Below are positions 37,081 through 47,229 of a stretch of 64,000 bases of DNA, piece by piece (the first letter of the stretch is position 1; every line of letters begins with the position of its first letter). The DNA comes from Candidatus Uhrbacteria bacterium GW2011_GWE2_46_68 (GTDB lineage: Bacteria > Patescibacteriota > Patescibacteriia > UBA9934 > GWF2-40-263): positions 68,775 to 132,774 of the forward strand of contig LCMS01000004.1 of the NCBI GenBank assembly GCA_001002765.1, written 5' to 3'. The position numbers and the translations under genes were made by a program. The notes under the pieces were generated by a model. The model had not been told where the DNA came from, did not search any database, and saw nothing but the letters and a program-made list of their open reading frames with translations.

Positions 37081-38973
37081 ATGTTTATACGTTCTTGGAT
37101 GCGTCATTGGTGGTTTTGGACCATGATCGTTGCGATCGCTCTTGTGAGCGTTGGTATCGTGTACGCATTTGTAAAACCGCAAGATGTTTCTTGGCAAACA
37201 CATCGCATCACTTTGAGCACATTCACTCAAACCGTGGAAGTTTCCGGAGAGCTTGAATCCATTGATGAAGTTGAGCTCTCTTTTGATTTATCCGGTACGC
37301 TCGATCAGGCTGTGGTGCGGGTGGGTGATGAAGTCCAAGCCGGAGATCTTTTGGCGTATTTGGAAAGCGATGAGTTGATTGCAGATGTGCAAAGCGCTTA
37401 TCAAGCCGTGCTGGTGGCGCAAGCAAACCTTACACAAAAACAAGCCGGTTCCACATCAGAGGCTATTGCCTTGGCACAGGCAAATGTGGTTTCTGCGGAA
37501 GCCGTGCAACAAGCCGCGCAAGTCGCTTTAGAAAATGCACTGGTGGATTTGATTCATGCGCAAGCGAAAGCCGCAGCTACGATCGCGAGCGCAGAGGCTG
37601 CGCTTCAGACAGCGACCGATACTTACACAAACACGGTAGACTCTTTGGAAGAAGATGTGGATCAATCCTATGAGGATATGGTGAATGCGCTCTGGTCTTC
37701 GATGATTGAGGTGCGTAATGCCATCTCGGATGCCGATGAAGTGTTGGGGGTGCAAAACTCTACAGGCAATGATGATTATGAATTGGCGCTTGGTGTTCTT
37801 GATTTGCAAACCGTGGGGGATGCGGAAACAGCGTTTTATTATGCGCAGGAAAGTCGCGATGCGATTGAGTCTACGGTTTTTTCTTTGACGTTTGACAGTG
37901 ATCGAGTGTTGATCGATTCCATGATTTTTTCTGTGCAAGAAGCGCTTGAGGATGCCGGGCTTTTGCTTTGGCACACCCGTCAGGTTTTAGAGGCCACCGT
38001 ACCGACCGCGGATTTTACAGCTGCCGAACTTTCCGCTCTTAAAGATACGATTGATGCCAGTCGCAATGCGATTCAAACCGATCAATCCGCACTTCTTGTT
38101 GCGGATCAAGCTTTGCAAAGCGCGCTGATCGCACAAGAGTCTGATAGGGAGGCTTCACAAAACGCATTAACCGAGGCGAAGCGTAATGAAGAAAGCGTGC
38201 GTGTTACGCAAGAAGGCGCAGTGGCGACAGCCGAGGCCGCTGTGCGAACATCCGAGGCAACGCTTGCGATACGCACAGCAGATGTGCTTTCCGCAAAAGC
38301 GTCTTTGGCACAAACTGAGGCACTTCCTCGCTCGATTGATCTGGCTGCCTTGGGGTCTGAAGTGGAGCGCGCACAGGCAACCTATCAGGCGGCCGAAGCA
38401 CGTTTGGCTAAAGCCGAGATTCGTTCTCCTATTGATGGAAAAGTAAGCGATATTGCGTATAAAAATGGCGAGCAAGTTCTCGCCGCTTCGGGGGTCGTGA
38501 CCGTGCAGACGGTGGGCGATCAATACCGTGTGGTGGCTTCAGTGACGGAATCTGATATTTCAAAAATTGAAATAGGAGATCGGGCACAGGTAACGTTTGA
38601 TGCGCTGGGAAATGATATTTTTTCTTCCGCAACCGTGACCGAAATTGATCCTGCAGAGACGATGATCGAGGGGGTGGTCTATTATGAGGTGACTTTGTAC
38701 CTCAACGACGATGCCTCTGCGTTTGCATTAAAACCGGGTATGTCGGTGGATATGGATATTCGTACTTTGGAAGAAACCGATGCGATTGCTGTTCCTCAGC
38801 GCGCGGTTTTAACAAAGACGACAGGAGAAAAATATGTACGCGTGGTGATAGGATCGGGATCCTATGAAGAGCGCGTGGTTACAACAGGTTCTTTGGGAGA
38901 TGCGGGAATGATTCGCGTTTTGTTTGGTCTATCCGCAGGAGAAGAAATCATCCTCAAGCTCAATGGAAAATAA
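37081..38973 (+). CDS. MacA/HlyD-like adaptor with long coiled coil
   Basis: N-terminal TM, lipoyl halves (VGDEVQAG; IRSPIDG), LKPGMS. Confidence 0.85.
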   Translation: MFIRSWMRHWWFWTMIVAIALVSVGIVYAFVKPQDVSWQTHRITLSTFTQTVEVSGELESIDEVELSFDLSGTLDQAVVRVGDEVQAGDLLAYLESDELIADVQSAYQAVLVAQANLTQKQAGSTSEAIALAQANVVSAEAVQQAAQVALENALVDLIHAQAKAAATIASAEAALQTATDTYTNTVDSLEEDVDQSYEDMVNALWSSMIEVRNAISDADEVLGVQNSTGNDDYELALGVLDLQTVGDAETAFYYAQESRDAIESTVFSLTFDSDRVLIDSMIFSVQEALEDAGLLLWHTRQVLEATVPTADFTAAELSALKDTIDASRNAIQTDQSALLVADQALQSALIAQESDREASQNALTEAKRNEESVRVTQEGAVATAEAAVRTSEATLAIRTADVLSAKASLAQTEALPRSIDLAALGSEVERAQATYQAAEARLAKAEIRSPIDGKVSDIAYKNGEQVLAASGVVTVQTVGDQYRVVASVTESDISKIEIGDRAQVTFDALGNDIFSSATVTEIDPAETMIEGVVYYEVTLYLNDDASAFALKPGMSVDMDIRTLEETDAIAVPQRAVLTKTTGEKYVRVVIGSGSYEERVVTTGSLGDAGMIRVLFGLSAGEEIILKLNGK

Positions 38974-38976
38974 TAC

Positions 38977-39693
38977 ATGTCTGTACCTCTCATTCAATTT
39001 CAAAATGTCACAAAGGAATTTGTGAATGGGGAAGTGGTGACGCCCGCAATTCGTGGCGTCACTTTTTCCATAGACAAAGGAGAATTTATTTCTATCATGG
39101 GACCTTCGGGATCGGGAAAGTCGACCCTTATGCATATCATGGGTTTTTTGGATGTGCTTTCAAGCGGTATGTATTTGTTTGGAGGAAAAGATGTGAGTCG
39201 CTTGAGCGAGGACGAGCTTGCACTTATGCGCCGCAAGGAAGTGGGATTTATTTTTCAGACATTTAATTTGCTCGCAAAATCCACGGTGATTGATAATGTT
39301 ATTTTGCCCATGGTGTATGTCGGTGTTTCCAAAACAGAACGAATGCGAAAAGCAAAAGCCGCACTTGAAGAGGTTGGACTTGGACATCGTCTCTCTCATT
39401 TTTCCAATCAACTTTCAGGGGGAGAACGACAACGCGTAGCGATCGCCCGCGCGTTTATTAATAAACCGTCGGTTGTATTTGCTGACGAGCCTACGGGAAA
39501 TTTGGATACAAAATCTGGGACGTTGATTTTGCAGAAGCTTCAAGAAATGAACGAGCAAGGTCACACTATTGTGATGGTGACGCATGAGGAGGAAGCGGCA
39601 CATTATAGTCGGCGTATTTTGCGCGTACGTGACGGAGAAATTTTAAGTGATATCCAAAACGGTCAGCCGCGCCACGGGGAATATCACAAATAA
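38977..39693 (+). CDS. MacB/LolD-type ABC ATPase
   Basis: [26 protein letters not shown]. Confidence 0.95.
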   Translation: MSVPLIQFQNVTKEFVNGEVVTPAIRGVTFSIDKGEFISIMGPSGSGKSTLMHIMGFLDVLSSGMYLFGGKDVSRLSEDELALMRRKEVGFIFQTFNLLAKSTVIDNVILPMVYVGVSKTERMRKAKAALEEVGLGHRLSHFSNQLSGGERQRVAIARAFINKPSVVFADEPTGNLDTKSGTLILQKLQEMNEQGHTIVMVTHEEEAAHYSRRILRVRDGEILSDIQNGQPRHGEYHK

Positions 39694-39694
39694 T

Positions 39695-40927
39695 ATGAAA
39701 GCTCGCGATCTTCTCAAAACCAGTTCGGAATCGTTGTTGCGCAACAAATCGCGCACGTTATTGACGATTTTGGGAATCGTGATTGGGATCGCTTCGGTGA
39801 TTTTGATGTTGGCGATCGGACAAGGAGCCCAGGGAATTATTTTGAGTCAGGTCGCGGATTTGGGATCTGATCTCGTATTTGTGGAACCAAGTTCCGGAGA
39901 TCCGACATCAGGTCCACCCAATCCGTATATCGAACAAACCATCACTTTGGATGATGTGGGGGCGATTGAGAAGACAGATTATTTTTCTGTGGTGAGTCCT
40001 ATTTTGATGACCACCTATGCCGTCACTTGGGGAGATGAGAGCCAATTTGTGCAAGTGGAAGGATCCAATGAAGGGTATCCTTATATTTTTCCTGCGGATT
40101 TTTTGTATGGACGTTATTACACCGAGGCCGAGGTGGATTCTTATGCACGCGTGGCAGTCCTGGGAAATGAAATTGCGGAAGATTTATTTGGGGATCAATA
40201 CCCCATTGATCAAACGATCAAGATCAATAAAATGTCTTTTCGCGTCGTGGGAGTGTTGGATGAACAGGGGACGCGTTTTTTTCAAAATATCGACAAGTTT
40301 ATTTCCGTTCCCATTACCGTGTTGCAAAGGGATCTTATGGGAGTGGATCATGTCACCTATATTGTGATGCGTGCCAAAGGAGATGTGGATGAGGCAAAAG
40401 AGGAGGTACGCTTTGCTTTGCGTGCCACACATCACATTGATAATCCCGAGCAGGTGCAGGAAAAAGATGATTTTTTTGTTTCCTCTCAAGATGATGCTGT
40501 AGAAATCATCGGGGTTGTGGGAGGGGTGCTCACCATTTTACTTTCTTCAATCGCGGCGATTTCTTTGGTTGTTGGAGGTATTGGGATCATGAATATCATG
40601 CTTGTGTCTGTGACCGAGCGCACGCGCGAGATCGGACTGCGTAAAGCCATTGGCGCTACGCGACGAGAGATTTTAATTCAATTTTTGATGGAGGCCGTGA
40701 TGATCACCATGCTTGGGGGATTATTGGGGGTTTTGATTGGGGTGGTGATGTCTTTACTGACAGCAGTGGTGATGTCTCATTTTGTAGAAGGGTGGGATAC
40801 CGTGATCCCGATCGATGCGATTGTATGGGGAATCGTGGTTTCCACCACGGTTGGGTTGGTTTTCGGTATCTATCCCGCTCGTCGCGCGGCAAAATTGAAT
40901 CCGATTGATGCATTGCGGTACGAATAA
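39695..40927 (+). CDS. MacB-type ABC permease
   Basis: GIVIGIAS, GGIGIMNIMLVSVTERTREIG, PIDALRYE. Confidence 0.95.
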   Translation: MKARDLLKTSSESLLRNKSRTLLTILGIVIGIASVILMLAIGQGAQGIILSQVADLGSDLVFVEPSSGDPTSGPPNPYIEQTITLDDVGAIEKTDYFSVVSPILMTTYAVTWGDESQFVQVEGSNEGYPYIFPADFLYGRYYTEAEVDSYARVAVLGNEIAEDLFGDQYPIDQTIKINKMSFRVVGVLDEQGTRFFQNIDKFISVPITVLQRDLMGVDHVTYIVMRAKGDVDEAKEEVRFALRATHHIDNPEQVQEKDDFFVSSQDDAVEIIGVVGGVLTILLSSIAAISLVVGGIGIMNIMLVSVTERTREIGLRKAIGATRREILIQFLMEAVMITMLGGLLGVLIGVVMSLLTAVVMSHFVEGWDTVIPIDAIVWGIVVSTTVGLVFGIYPARRAAKLNPIDALRYE

Positions 40928-41100
40928 TTTTGTTGAGATTTTTCCTCACTTTTTGGAAGTTCATCAGGAGAATGACAGGGAGAAAATAACAGCTGAATGA
41001 TGACGAATTCGGATCAAGGAAACACAACAACCAATCATACGTTTTAGTCGTAGAAGGAAAAAATAAAAAACACCCCATCTTTTGATCGGGGTATTTTTTT

Positions 41101-41332
41101 TGCTCCGTCGGCGAGACGAATGATCTGGCTCTCGTGATAGTTGGGAGGTCCCTTCTATGTGACCCGCATGAGCCTATACGGTCATCTAGTCGAAACCGGA
41201 TCGCCGTATCGGCCTTGTGCATTCTTCGCTTACGCAAAGAGGTTACCGCGGGGCTTTTACGCGCTCACCTCGGTGAACGCGGTTCTAAGCCCAAATCGTT
41301 CGTTAGCCCAAATTCGAATCGCCGTGGAGCAT
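41101..41332 (-). ncRNA. ~230-nt structured RNA, 6S RNA candidate
   Basis: Extended -10 TGCTATGAT; closing stem TGCTCC.CGGCGA/TCGCCG..GGAGCA; GTAA and TTCG tetraloops on minus strand; terminator at about 41066-41100. Confidence 0.65.
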
Positions 41333-41442
41333 CTTTATCATAGCATGGGAAAGAGGGATGAGAAAAGGAAAGAGGGGGAGGAAAAAATCACCGATGGTTT
41401 TGGGACGATCTTTACTATTTATAATAACTTCAAAAAAGCAAA

Positions 41443-41847
41443 TCATCTACTTTCTAAAGCAGAAATATAGTAATGATCAGATGTTTCCAAGGCTTGAAGA
41501 AGTCTCCAAGACAGATCTTTTTTACCGTCTTCGTGTAGCGTCTCAGCGGTTTTTAAAATAGAATTTCTATACTTTTCTCGAGCTTCTTTGTCGGCCATCA
41601 CTTGCATGTATGCTTCCAAAATTTGAAAATCAACTAATCTTTCTTTTCCGAGTACAGAAACGGTTTCTACACCTGATCCGGCAATACGTAAATCAGTATC
41701 CAGTTGTTCTGCAAGCAAAGCAATTTTTTCAGGATCCGGATGAGCACTAAAATCGACCCTTACCTTTGGTAGATTTTCGCATCCAATAGTCAAAGCGGCC
41801 ACCGTCGTTGCTATTGCCATCTCTGGACCAAATCTTTTTGCGTACAT
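41443..41847 (-). CDS. Hypothetical protein, possible lipoprotein
   Basis: ALTIGC lipobox-like segment. Confidence 0.55.
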   Translation of the reverse strand: MYAKRFGPEMAIATTVAALTIGCENLPKVRVDFSAHPDPEKIALLAEQLDTDLRIAGSGVETVSVLGKERLVDFQILEAYMQVMADKEAREKYRNSILKTAETLHEDGKKDLSWRLLQALETSDHYYISALESR

Positions 41848-41947
41848 ATTTTTGAGATTAAAATTTTTCCAAATCCATCTTACCCCCCCCTGTAAAATTA
41901 CAATTTTTTATGTGGGTAACTCGGTGATCTTTGTGTGAGTAAAGGGA

Positions 41948-42733
41948 TTAGGCGATTTTTCTTTTTGTGAATTTTTTTTGATTTTGAGGAAGGAGACTTG
42001 CCAGACACTCTCGCAGCATATCCGCTCCTTTTTGAAAGCGAATCCCCGCATTGAGCAGTTGTTCTTGTTCAATTTTGGAAAACTGTTCCCAAAGTTTTTT
42101 TTGCGTATCAGTTGATTGAAACCAAGCGCGATAGGCTTCGCTGTCTACGACATAATGGGTAGCACCTAAAGCGTCATTGAATTGTTGTGTTTCCGTATCT
42201 TTTGCCAGATACACGCGCAAGCGATTTTCAAAAGAAATCGTTTCACTTTCTTTGAGTTTTCCTTCGGTTTTCTGTGCAATTTCATCAATTGTTCGACCGA
42301 TTTCCACAATTTCACCAATGAGATTAACCGCTCTTTGCAAGGTTGCGGCATCCACGAACGTTTCCCATTGACGTTCCAAATTCACAAGCGCCTCGATGGT
42401 TTGTCCTGCGCTTAGGTGTCCGCTCAATATGCCGTCACGCATGACATTGATTTTTGTTTCCAAAAATTTCCGTTTTTCTCCCGCAGATCCTGGGGAATTT
42501 TTTAAGGATCCATATCTTTCCAAATAGGTTTCATATGCGCTATGGCGAGGATCAGATTGAGAAGACCCAAACCATTCTTTCTTTGTGACGCTAGCAGGAG
42601 ACGTCCCTTCCGCTTTGTCAAAAGGTTGTGAACGATCCACGCGATCGGGCAGTCTTGTTTGCACATCAGGAGCGGCTTGCTTTGGAGTTTTTCCAAACCC
42701 AAGGGTTGCGCTGAATTTTTCAAAAAATCCCAT
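41948..42733 (-). CDS. Hypothetical protein
   Basis: 261-aa ORF with amphipathic N-terminus. Confidence 0.7.
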   Translation of the reverse strand: MGFFEKFSATLGFGKTPKQAAPDVQTRLPDRVDRSQPFDKAEGTSPASVTKKEWFGSSQSDPRHSAYETYLERYGSLKNSPGSAGEKRKFLETKINVMRDGILSGHLSAGQTIEALVNLERQWETFVDAATLQRAVNLIGEIVEIGRTIDEIAQKTEGKLKESETISFENRLRVYLAKDTETQQFNDALGATHYVVDSEAYRAWFQSTDTQKKLWEQFSKIEQEQLLNAGIRFQKGADMLRECLASLLPQNQKKFTKRKIA

Positions 42734-42840
42734 ACATGATTTGTGAAGGCTTCTTCTTTGATAAGAAGAGCGTGTTTAGTATTTTGTCCTTTATTATACC
42801 CACCTTGCGATTCGTTTGCACGCACGTGACAGGTGAGGAG

Positions 42841-44103
42841 TTAAGAAAAATATTTCCTATTTTTGAGAGACGGGGGAAGATACTCTTGTTTGGCATCGTT
42901 TGTATTTTCAAAGTCCGGCGTGTATTTATAGCCTTTGCTATAGCCAAGATTTTTCATGAGGTTAGTGGGAGCGTTTCGCAGATGAAGAGGAACAGGCTCG
43001 GTTGGCGTTTCTTGAATGTCTTTTTGTACAGCCATGTAGGCAGTATAGAGAGCATTGGATTTTGGCGCTTTTGCAAGATAGAGAACGCTTTGAGCCAGAC
43101 AGACATTACATTCAGGCATGCCAAGGAAATGGGCGGCTTGATAAGAAGCGATGGTTTGAACAAGCGCTTGGGGATCGGCAAGACCTATATCTTCGCTGGC
43201 AAAGCGTACAAGACGACGGGCGATATAGAGCGGATCTTCTCCAGCTTCGAGCATGCGTCCCAACCAATAAAGCGCAGCATTGGCATCCGATCCGCGCATG
43301 GATTTATGAAGAGCAGAAATAATATTGTAATGTTCCTCGCCCGCACGATCGTAGACGAGGTGCGTGCGCTGGAGCGCTTGTTTGATGGTTTCTTCATCAA
43401 CACACACCTGCCCATTAGCGCTCGCTTCGGATGATTGGACCGCAAGTTCCAGTGCATTGAGTGCTGTGCGCACATCGCCATTGGCCGCTTGAGCAAGAAA
43501 TGTGATCAGCTCATCGCTGATGGAAACCGACAGATTTCCCAAACCTTTTTTTTCATTTTTGAGCGCGTGCTTCAAGATGGTTTCAATATGATCAGAAGTA
43601 AGAGCCATCAGAACAAAAACGCGACAACGAGAAAGAAGAGCTGCATTGATTTCAAACGAAGGATTTTCCGTGGTGGCACCAATTAAAATAATGGTGCCGT
43701 TTTCGACCGAGGAAAGAAACGCATCTTGCTGACGTTTATCAAATCGATGAATCTCATCGACAAAAAGAATGGTGCGTTTTTGATAAAATTTTTGTTGTTC
43801 CTCCGCTTCCTTAATAATCTCGCGCACTTCTTTGACACCGTTGTGCACCGCGGAGAAATGGACAAAATGCGCATGGGTTTTTTGAGCAATGAGATGAGCC
43901 AGTGTTGTTTTGCCTGTCCCGGGTGGCCCCCATAAAATCATCGAAGGCACTTCGTCTTTTTCAATGGCTTTTCGTAAAACCGTTCCAGGACCGATAATCT
44001 GATCTTGGCCTAGGTAATCCCCAAAATCCTTAGGCCTCACCCGATCCGCCAGAGGAGAAGATCGAAAGCGATGTTCTTCTTGTTTGTGAGAAAAGAGGTC
44101 CAT
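42841..44103 (-). CDS. rarA: Replication-associated recombination protein A (MgsA)
   Basis: PLADRVRP, WGPPGTGKTT, DEIHRF, ISALHKSMRGSD, SEDIGLAD, VPLHLRNAPT. Confidence 0.96.
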   Translation of the reverse strand: MDLFSHKQEEHRFRSSPLADRVRPKDFGDYLGQDQIIGPGTVLRKAIEKDEVPSMILWGPPGTGKTTLAHLIAQKTHAHFVHFSAVHNGVKEVREIIKEAEEQQKFYQKRTILFVDEIHRFDKRQQDAFLSSVENGTIILIGATTENPSFEINAALLSRCRVFVLMALTSDHIETILKHALKNEKKGLGNLSVSISDELITFLAQAANGDVRTALNALELAVQSSEASANGQVCVDEETIKQALQRTHLVYDRAGEEHYNIISALHKSMRGSDANAALYWLGRMLEAGEDPLYIARRLVRFASEDIGLADPQALVQTIASYQAAHFLGMPECNVCLAQSVLYLAKAPKSNALYTAYMAVQKDIQETPTEPVPLHLRNAPTNLMKNLGYSKGYKYTPDFENTNDAKQEYLPPSLKNRKYFS

Positions 44104-44108
44104 AATGG

Positions 44109-45005
44109 TTAGGTCGGAAGAAAGAGACGATGATGTTTTAGAGCGATCAATCCCTCCTTTTGCAGACGCACTATCATGGCTTTGATCCAAGCTTGATCCA
44201 GAGACAGATCAAAATGGGGATCAATCATGGGGCCGATTGTTTTGAGAAATGTCTCCGGATGTTCGCGAACAAATTTTAGAATTTTCCCGCGGTAGATACG
44301 ATCAGGATAAGGTTTATTTCTATGTCGAGATTCTTTTGCTTTTTTGATCATGATTTTTGGGATGCGGACGTGACCGGAGAGAAATCGAGGAGCCGATTTA
44401 CAGATGGCCTTCAGCGGGCAGGATGCACAGGCCGGAACTTTTGTGCAGGTGGATGTTGCCAGATCAAAGAGGGCTTGAGGTACATCATAAAATGCTCCGC
44501 GTTTTGGCAAGACAAAATCGGCAGATTGAACAATTTTTTTATCCATCTTTAAAGTTGGGTAGGGAATTCCAAATAAGACTCGTCCAAGAACGCGTCGAAT
44601 ATTGGTATCAATAGGGAGCGTTCGTTGATGTAGAGCAAAAGCACAGATGGCCGCGGCCGTGTAAGGACCAACCCCTTTGATTTTTTCCCAAGCTTCAGGA
44701 GTAGAAGGAACACCGTGCGCTATGATGTGTTTTGCAATATCTCGCAAGACTAAAGATCGACGATTATAGCCAAGTCCTGACCAGACCATGATCACCTGCC
44801 CATTGGTGGCTTCGGCGAGAGATTCCCAGGTTGGAAATTGTGTAAGCCAGCGTTTGTAAAAAATCATGACGCGCGAGACTTGGGTTTGTTGAAGCATGAT
44901 TTCGCTTACCAAAATTCGGTAAGGATCACGAGTTTGGCGCCAAGGCAAATCACGTCCGTGTTGACGGTACCATCGTAAAAGCGTGCTACTCAATCGTGGG
45001 GACAT
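44109..45005 (-). CDS. mutY: A/G-specific adenine glycosylase (short MutY-like)
   Basis: RDLPWR, SEIMLQQT, WSGLGY, HhH GVGPYTA, C-x6-C-x2-C-x5-C. Confidence 0.88.
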   Translation of the reverse strand: MSPRLSSTLLRWYRQHGRDLPWRQTRDPYRILVSEIMLQQTQVSRVMIFYKRWLTQFPTWESLAEATNGQVIMVWSGLGYNRRSLVLRDIAKHIIAHGVPSTPEAWEKIKGVGPYTAAAICAFALHQRTLPIDTNIRRVLGRVLFGIPYPTLKMDKKIVQSADFVLPKRGAFYDVPQALFDLATSTCTKVPACASCPLKAICKSAPRFLSGHVRIPKIMIKKAKESRHRNKPYPDRIYRGKILKFVREHPETFLKTIGPMIDPHFDLSLDQAWIKAMIVRLQKEGLIALKHHRLFLPT

Positions 45006-45597
45006 AAATGACACCAGCGTCTACGAGTGCTTTATAGTGCTCTGGCGAATGGCGATACAGATACTCCAAAAGTTTTCCGCGAATATAATCAATCGAAAAT
45101 CCTTTACCTACGGCGTAGTCCACGAGTTTTTTTGCGGCTTCTTCTTTTTGATTTTCTTCGGTCATAATCTCTATTTCCGCCACTAAATAAGGATGACCAT
45201 CTCCAAGGTCACAGGAATCAAGATCAATGGAATAAGGTTCATCCTGATAGCGTTTTCGTGTGGTCGTGATGGTGCTAAAGGGGGCGTATCCGGCTTGCGC
45301 GAGAATCTCGTTTGTGAGCGTGCAGGGAGGAAGGTGAAGAACCTCACAAGTCTCTTCGTCCGTCTCGATTTCACGATATTGGGTGAGAGCCATTTTGTTT
45401 CCCAGAACATGGAGAGGAGTTTTGATTTCAAATCGACCGTTACGATTGCGCAGCCATATGTCTTTGCAAGTGAGAACAAAATCCAAAGTGTCGTAGTAGG
45501 TATCGGTTTGAATTTTTTCCCCAAGAAACGTGGCGCTTGCGATGATTTTTGCTTCTTGCTCTGGAGTAAAGTGAAACTTTTTCTCGATCTCGATCAT
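44986..45597 (-). CDS. CYTH-domain protein
   Basis: IEIEKKF, DTYYD, WLRNR, AEIE; start taken at 45597 because the longer ORF overlaps the tRNA. Confidence 0.88.
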   Translation of the reverse strand: MIEIEKKFHFTPEQEAKIIASATFLGEKIQTDTYYDTLDFVLTCKDIWLRNRNGRFEIKTPLHVLGNKMALTQYREIETDEETCEVLHLPPCTLTNEILAQAGYAPFSTITTTRKRYQDEPYSIDLDSCDLGDGHPYLVAEIEIMTEENQKEEAAKKLVDYAVGKGFSIDYIRGKLLEYLYRHSPEHYKALVDAGVIYVPTIE

Positions 45598-45739
45598 AGG
45601 GGATATTGTTAAGGACGGGTTGATTGTAACATGACCATTGGTGCCTTGCACGGCATAGATTTCTTTGTTATGCTTTTGCCACGTTCTTTGGAAAAAAGAA
45701 TTATTCCGGGGTAGCTCAGTGGTTAGAGCGGCTGGCTGT

Positions 45740-46318
45740 GGCACACGCTTATAGGTATTATAGAATTCTATGGAATCCAACAAGCGATCCTATGCCCGAC
45801 GCGCGGAATATCTCAAAAAAGCAGTTGTACGCAGAAGGCGTGAAGTTCGAGAGAAGGCGATTGCTCACTTAGGTGGTCAATGTCAGATATGTGGTTATAA
45901 ACGTTGTGAGCAGGCTCTCGATTTTCATCACCGCAACCATAAGGAAAAAACATTCGGCATTTCCCAAAAAGGATATACAAGATCTTGGGAAAGAGTAAAA
46001 GAAGAACTAAAAGGTTGTGTCTTTCTTTGTGCAAATTGTCATCGAGAAATTCACGCAGGGTATACGCAGCTTCTGACAGAGATGTCAGAATGATCATAGG
46101 GTGAACTTCTGGAAGCCTACATCCGAAAGGATATGGTAATCAGAAGCCAAGCCCCACGAAGTTTAAGACAAGTGGGGAAGGTTCAGAGACTATCCGTTAT
46201 GACCCTCAAAAGAGAGGGGAGGAGTACCTCGCCAAAAGGCGGGGGAAGCGCCCTACATCCTCGCAATATGCAGGATGATGATATAGTCCACCCCTTTGGG
46301 AAACCAAAGGATGATGTG
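45740..46318 (+). ncRNA. Group I intron (579 nt) at anticodon position 35/36
   Basis: 5' exon ends in U, intron ends in G; P GAACTTCTGGAAG, Q AATCAGAAGC, R GTTCAGAGACTA, S GATATAGTCC; IGS GCAGC 46066-46070 pairs with exon GCTGT. Confidence 0.92.
45770..46093 (+). CDS. Intron-encoded HNH endonuclease (zinc-finger type)
   Basis: CQICGY, DFHH, LCANCHREIH; basic N-terminal helix. Confidence 0.88.
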   Translation: MESNKRSYARRAEYLKKAVVRRRREVREKAIAHLGGQCQICGYKRCEQALDFHHRNHKEKTFGISQKGYTRSWERVKEELKGCVFLCANCHREIHAGYTQLLTEMSE

Positions 46319-46361
46319 TAACCAGTAGGTCGTGGGTTCAAGTCCCACCCCCGGAGCCACA

Positions 46362-46391
46362 AAGATCCCTAGCAATTTGCTAGGGATTTTT
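46362..46391 (+). terminator. tRNA-Asn terminator
   Basis: ATCCCTAGCA-AT-TTGCTAGGGAT followed by T tract. Confidence 0.8.
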
Positions 46392-46466
46392 GTTATCCGT
46401 GATAGAATGATCGTGAAGTTTCCGTGTGTACAAACAGAAAAGTCCGATGTCCGGACTTGACCCTGT
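46383..46466 (+). repeat. 84-bp direct repeat, copy 1 (extended -10 + REP-like end)
   Basis: 83/84 identical to 47925-48008. Confidence 0.9.
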
Positions 46467-46504
46467 TTTCCATTGCCTCAAACGAGAACCATAACAATTC
46501 CACT

Positions 46505-47200
46505 ATGCAAAATCGTCCACATACAACACTTTTCATGCTCATGTCGATAGATGGCAAAATTACAAGCGGAGATTCGGACAGTCTTGACTCAGATCGTGAT
46601 TGGAAGCGTATTTGTGGCGTGAAGGAAGGGCTTTATCAATATTATGATCTAGAGAAACAAACCGATTTTTGTTTTCTACAAAGCGGTCGCGTTTTCGAAA
46701 AAATTGGCATGAATAATCGAGGACCATCAGTTGAAAAGATCCCTGTGACCGGGGTAGTCATAGACAACAAGCCGCATCTCAATGCAAAAGGCCTGCGCCA
46801 TCTTTCAACCTGGTTAGACCGAGTGATTATCGCCACAACAAATCCAAACCATTCCGCACATACTTTTGGAGGAAACGTACAGGTCATTCAATACAACAAC
46901 ACGATTGATTTCTCCGCTTTACTGACAGAGTTAAAAGAGAATTTTGACGTTGACCGAGTCACCATCCAAACCGGCGGTACATTGAATGGTCTTTTATTGC
47001 GTCAGGGACTCATTGACGAATTATCAATCATCGTAGCCCCACTTGCTGTTGGAGGAAAGGGAGTATCAACACTTATCGACGGTGAGGCAATCCATTCCGT
47101 TAATGATTTGAACAAGTTAAAGGCACTCGAACTTACATCCTGTGACGTATTGAAACATTCATTCCTTCATCTTCGTTATACAGTTTTAAACTATTCGTGA
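46505..47200 (+). CDS. RibD C-terminal/DHFR-family reductase
   Basis: MSIDGKI, QTGGTLNG, LIDELSIIVAP. Confidence 0.85.
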   Translation: MQNRPHTTLFMLMSIDGKITSGDSDSLDSDRDWKRICGVKEGLYQYYDLEKQTDFCFLQSGRVFEKIGMNNRGPSVEKIPVTGVVIDNKPHLNAKGLRHLSTWLDRVIIATTNPNHSAHTFGGNVQVIQYNNTIDFSALLTELKENFDVDRVTIQTGGTLNGLLLRQGLIDELSIIVAPLAVGGKGVSTLIDGEAIHSVNDLNKLKALELTSCDVLKHSFLHLRYTVLNYS

Positions 47201-47229
47201 TGAGGGTTGAAACTGTATACTGTTCAGGT

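Larger units (their letters stand above)
45705..46359 (+). tRNA. tRNA-Asn(GTT) split by intron; exons 45705-45739 and 46319-46359
   Basis: Joined exons give TCCGGGG TA GCTC AGTGGTTA GAGC G GCTGG CT GT^T AA CCAGT AGGTC GTGGG TTCAAGT CCCAC CCCCGGA GCCA. Confidence 0.93.

Noticed and set aside
41101-41332. RNase P RNA or tmRNA
   Set aside because: Lacks GAGGAAAGUCC/ACAGAA.CGGCUUA and tRNA-like ends or a tag frame.
42736-43434. 232-aa plus-strand ORF
   Set aside because: Antisense shadow of rarA.
45598-45783. N-terminal extension of the CYTH ORF
   Set aside because: Overlaps the tRNA-Asn exon and intron; the CYTH ExExK motif starts at Met 45597.
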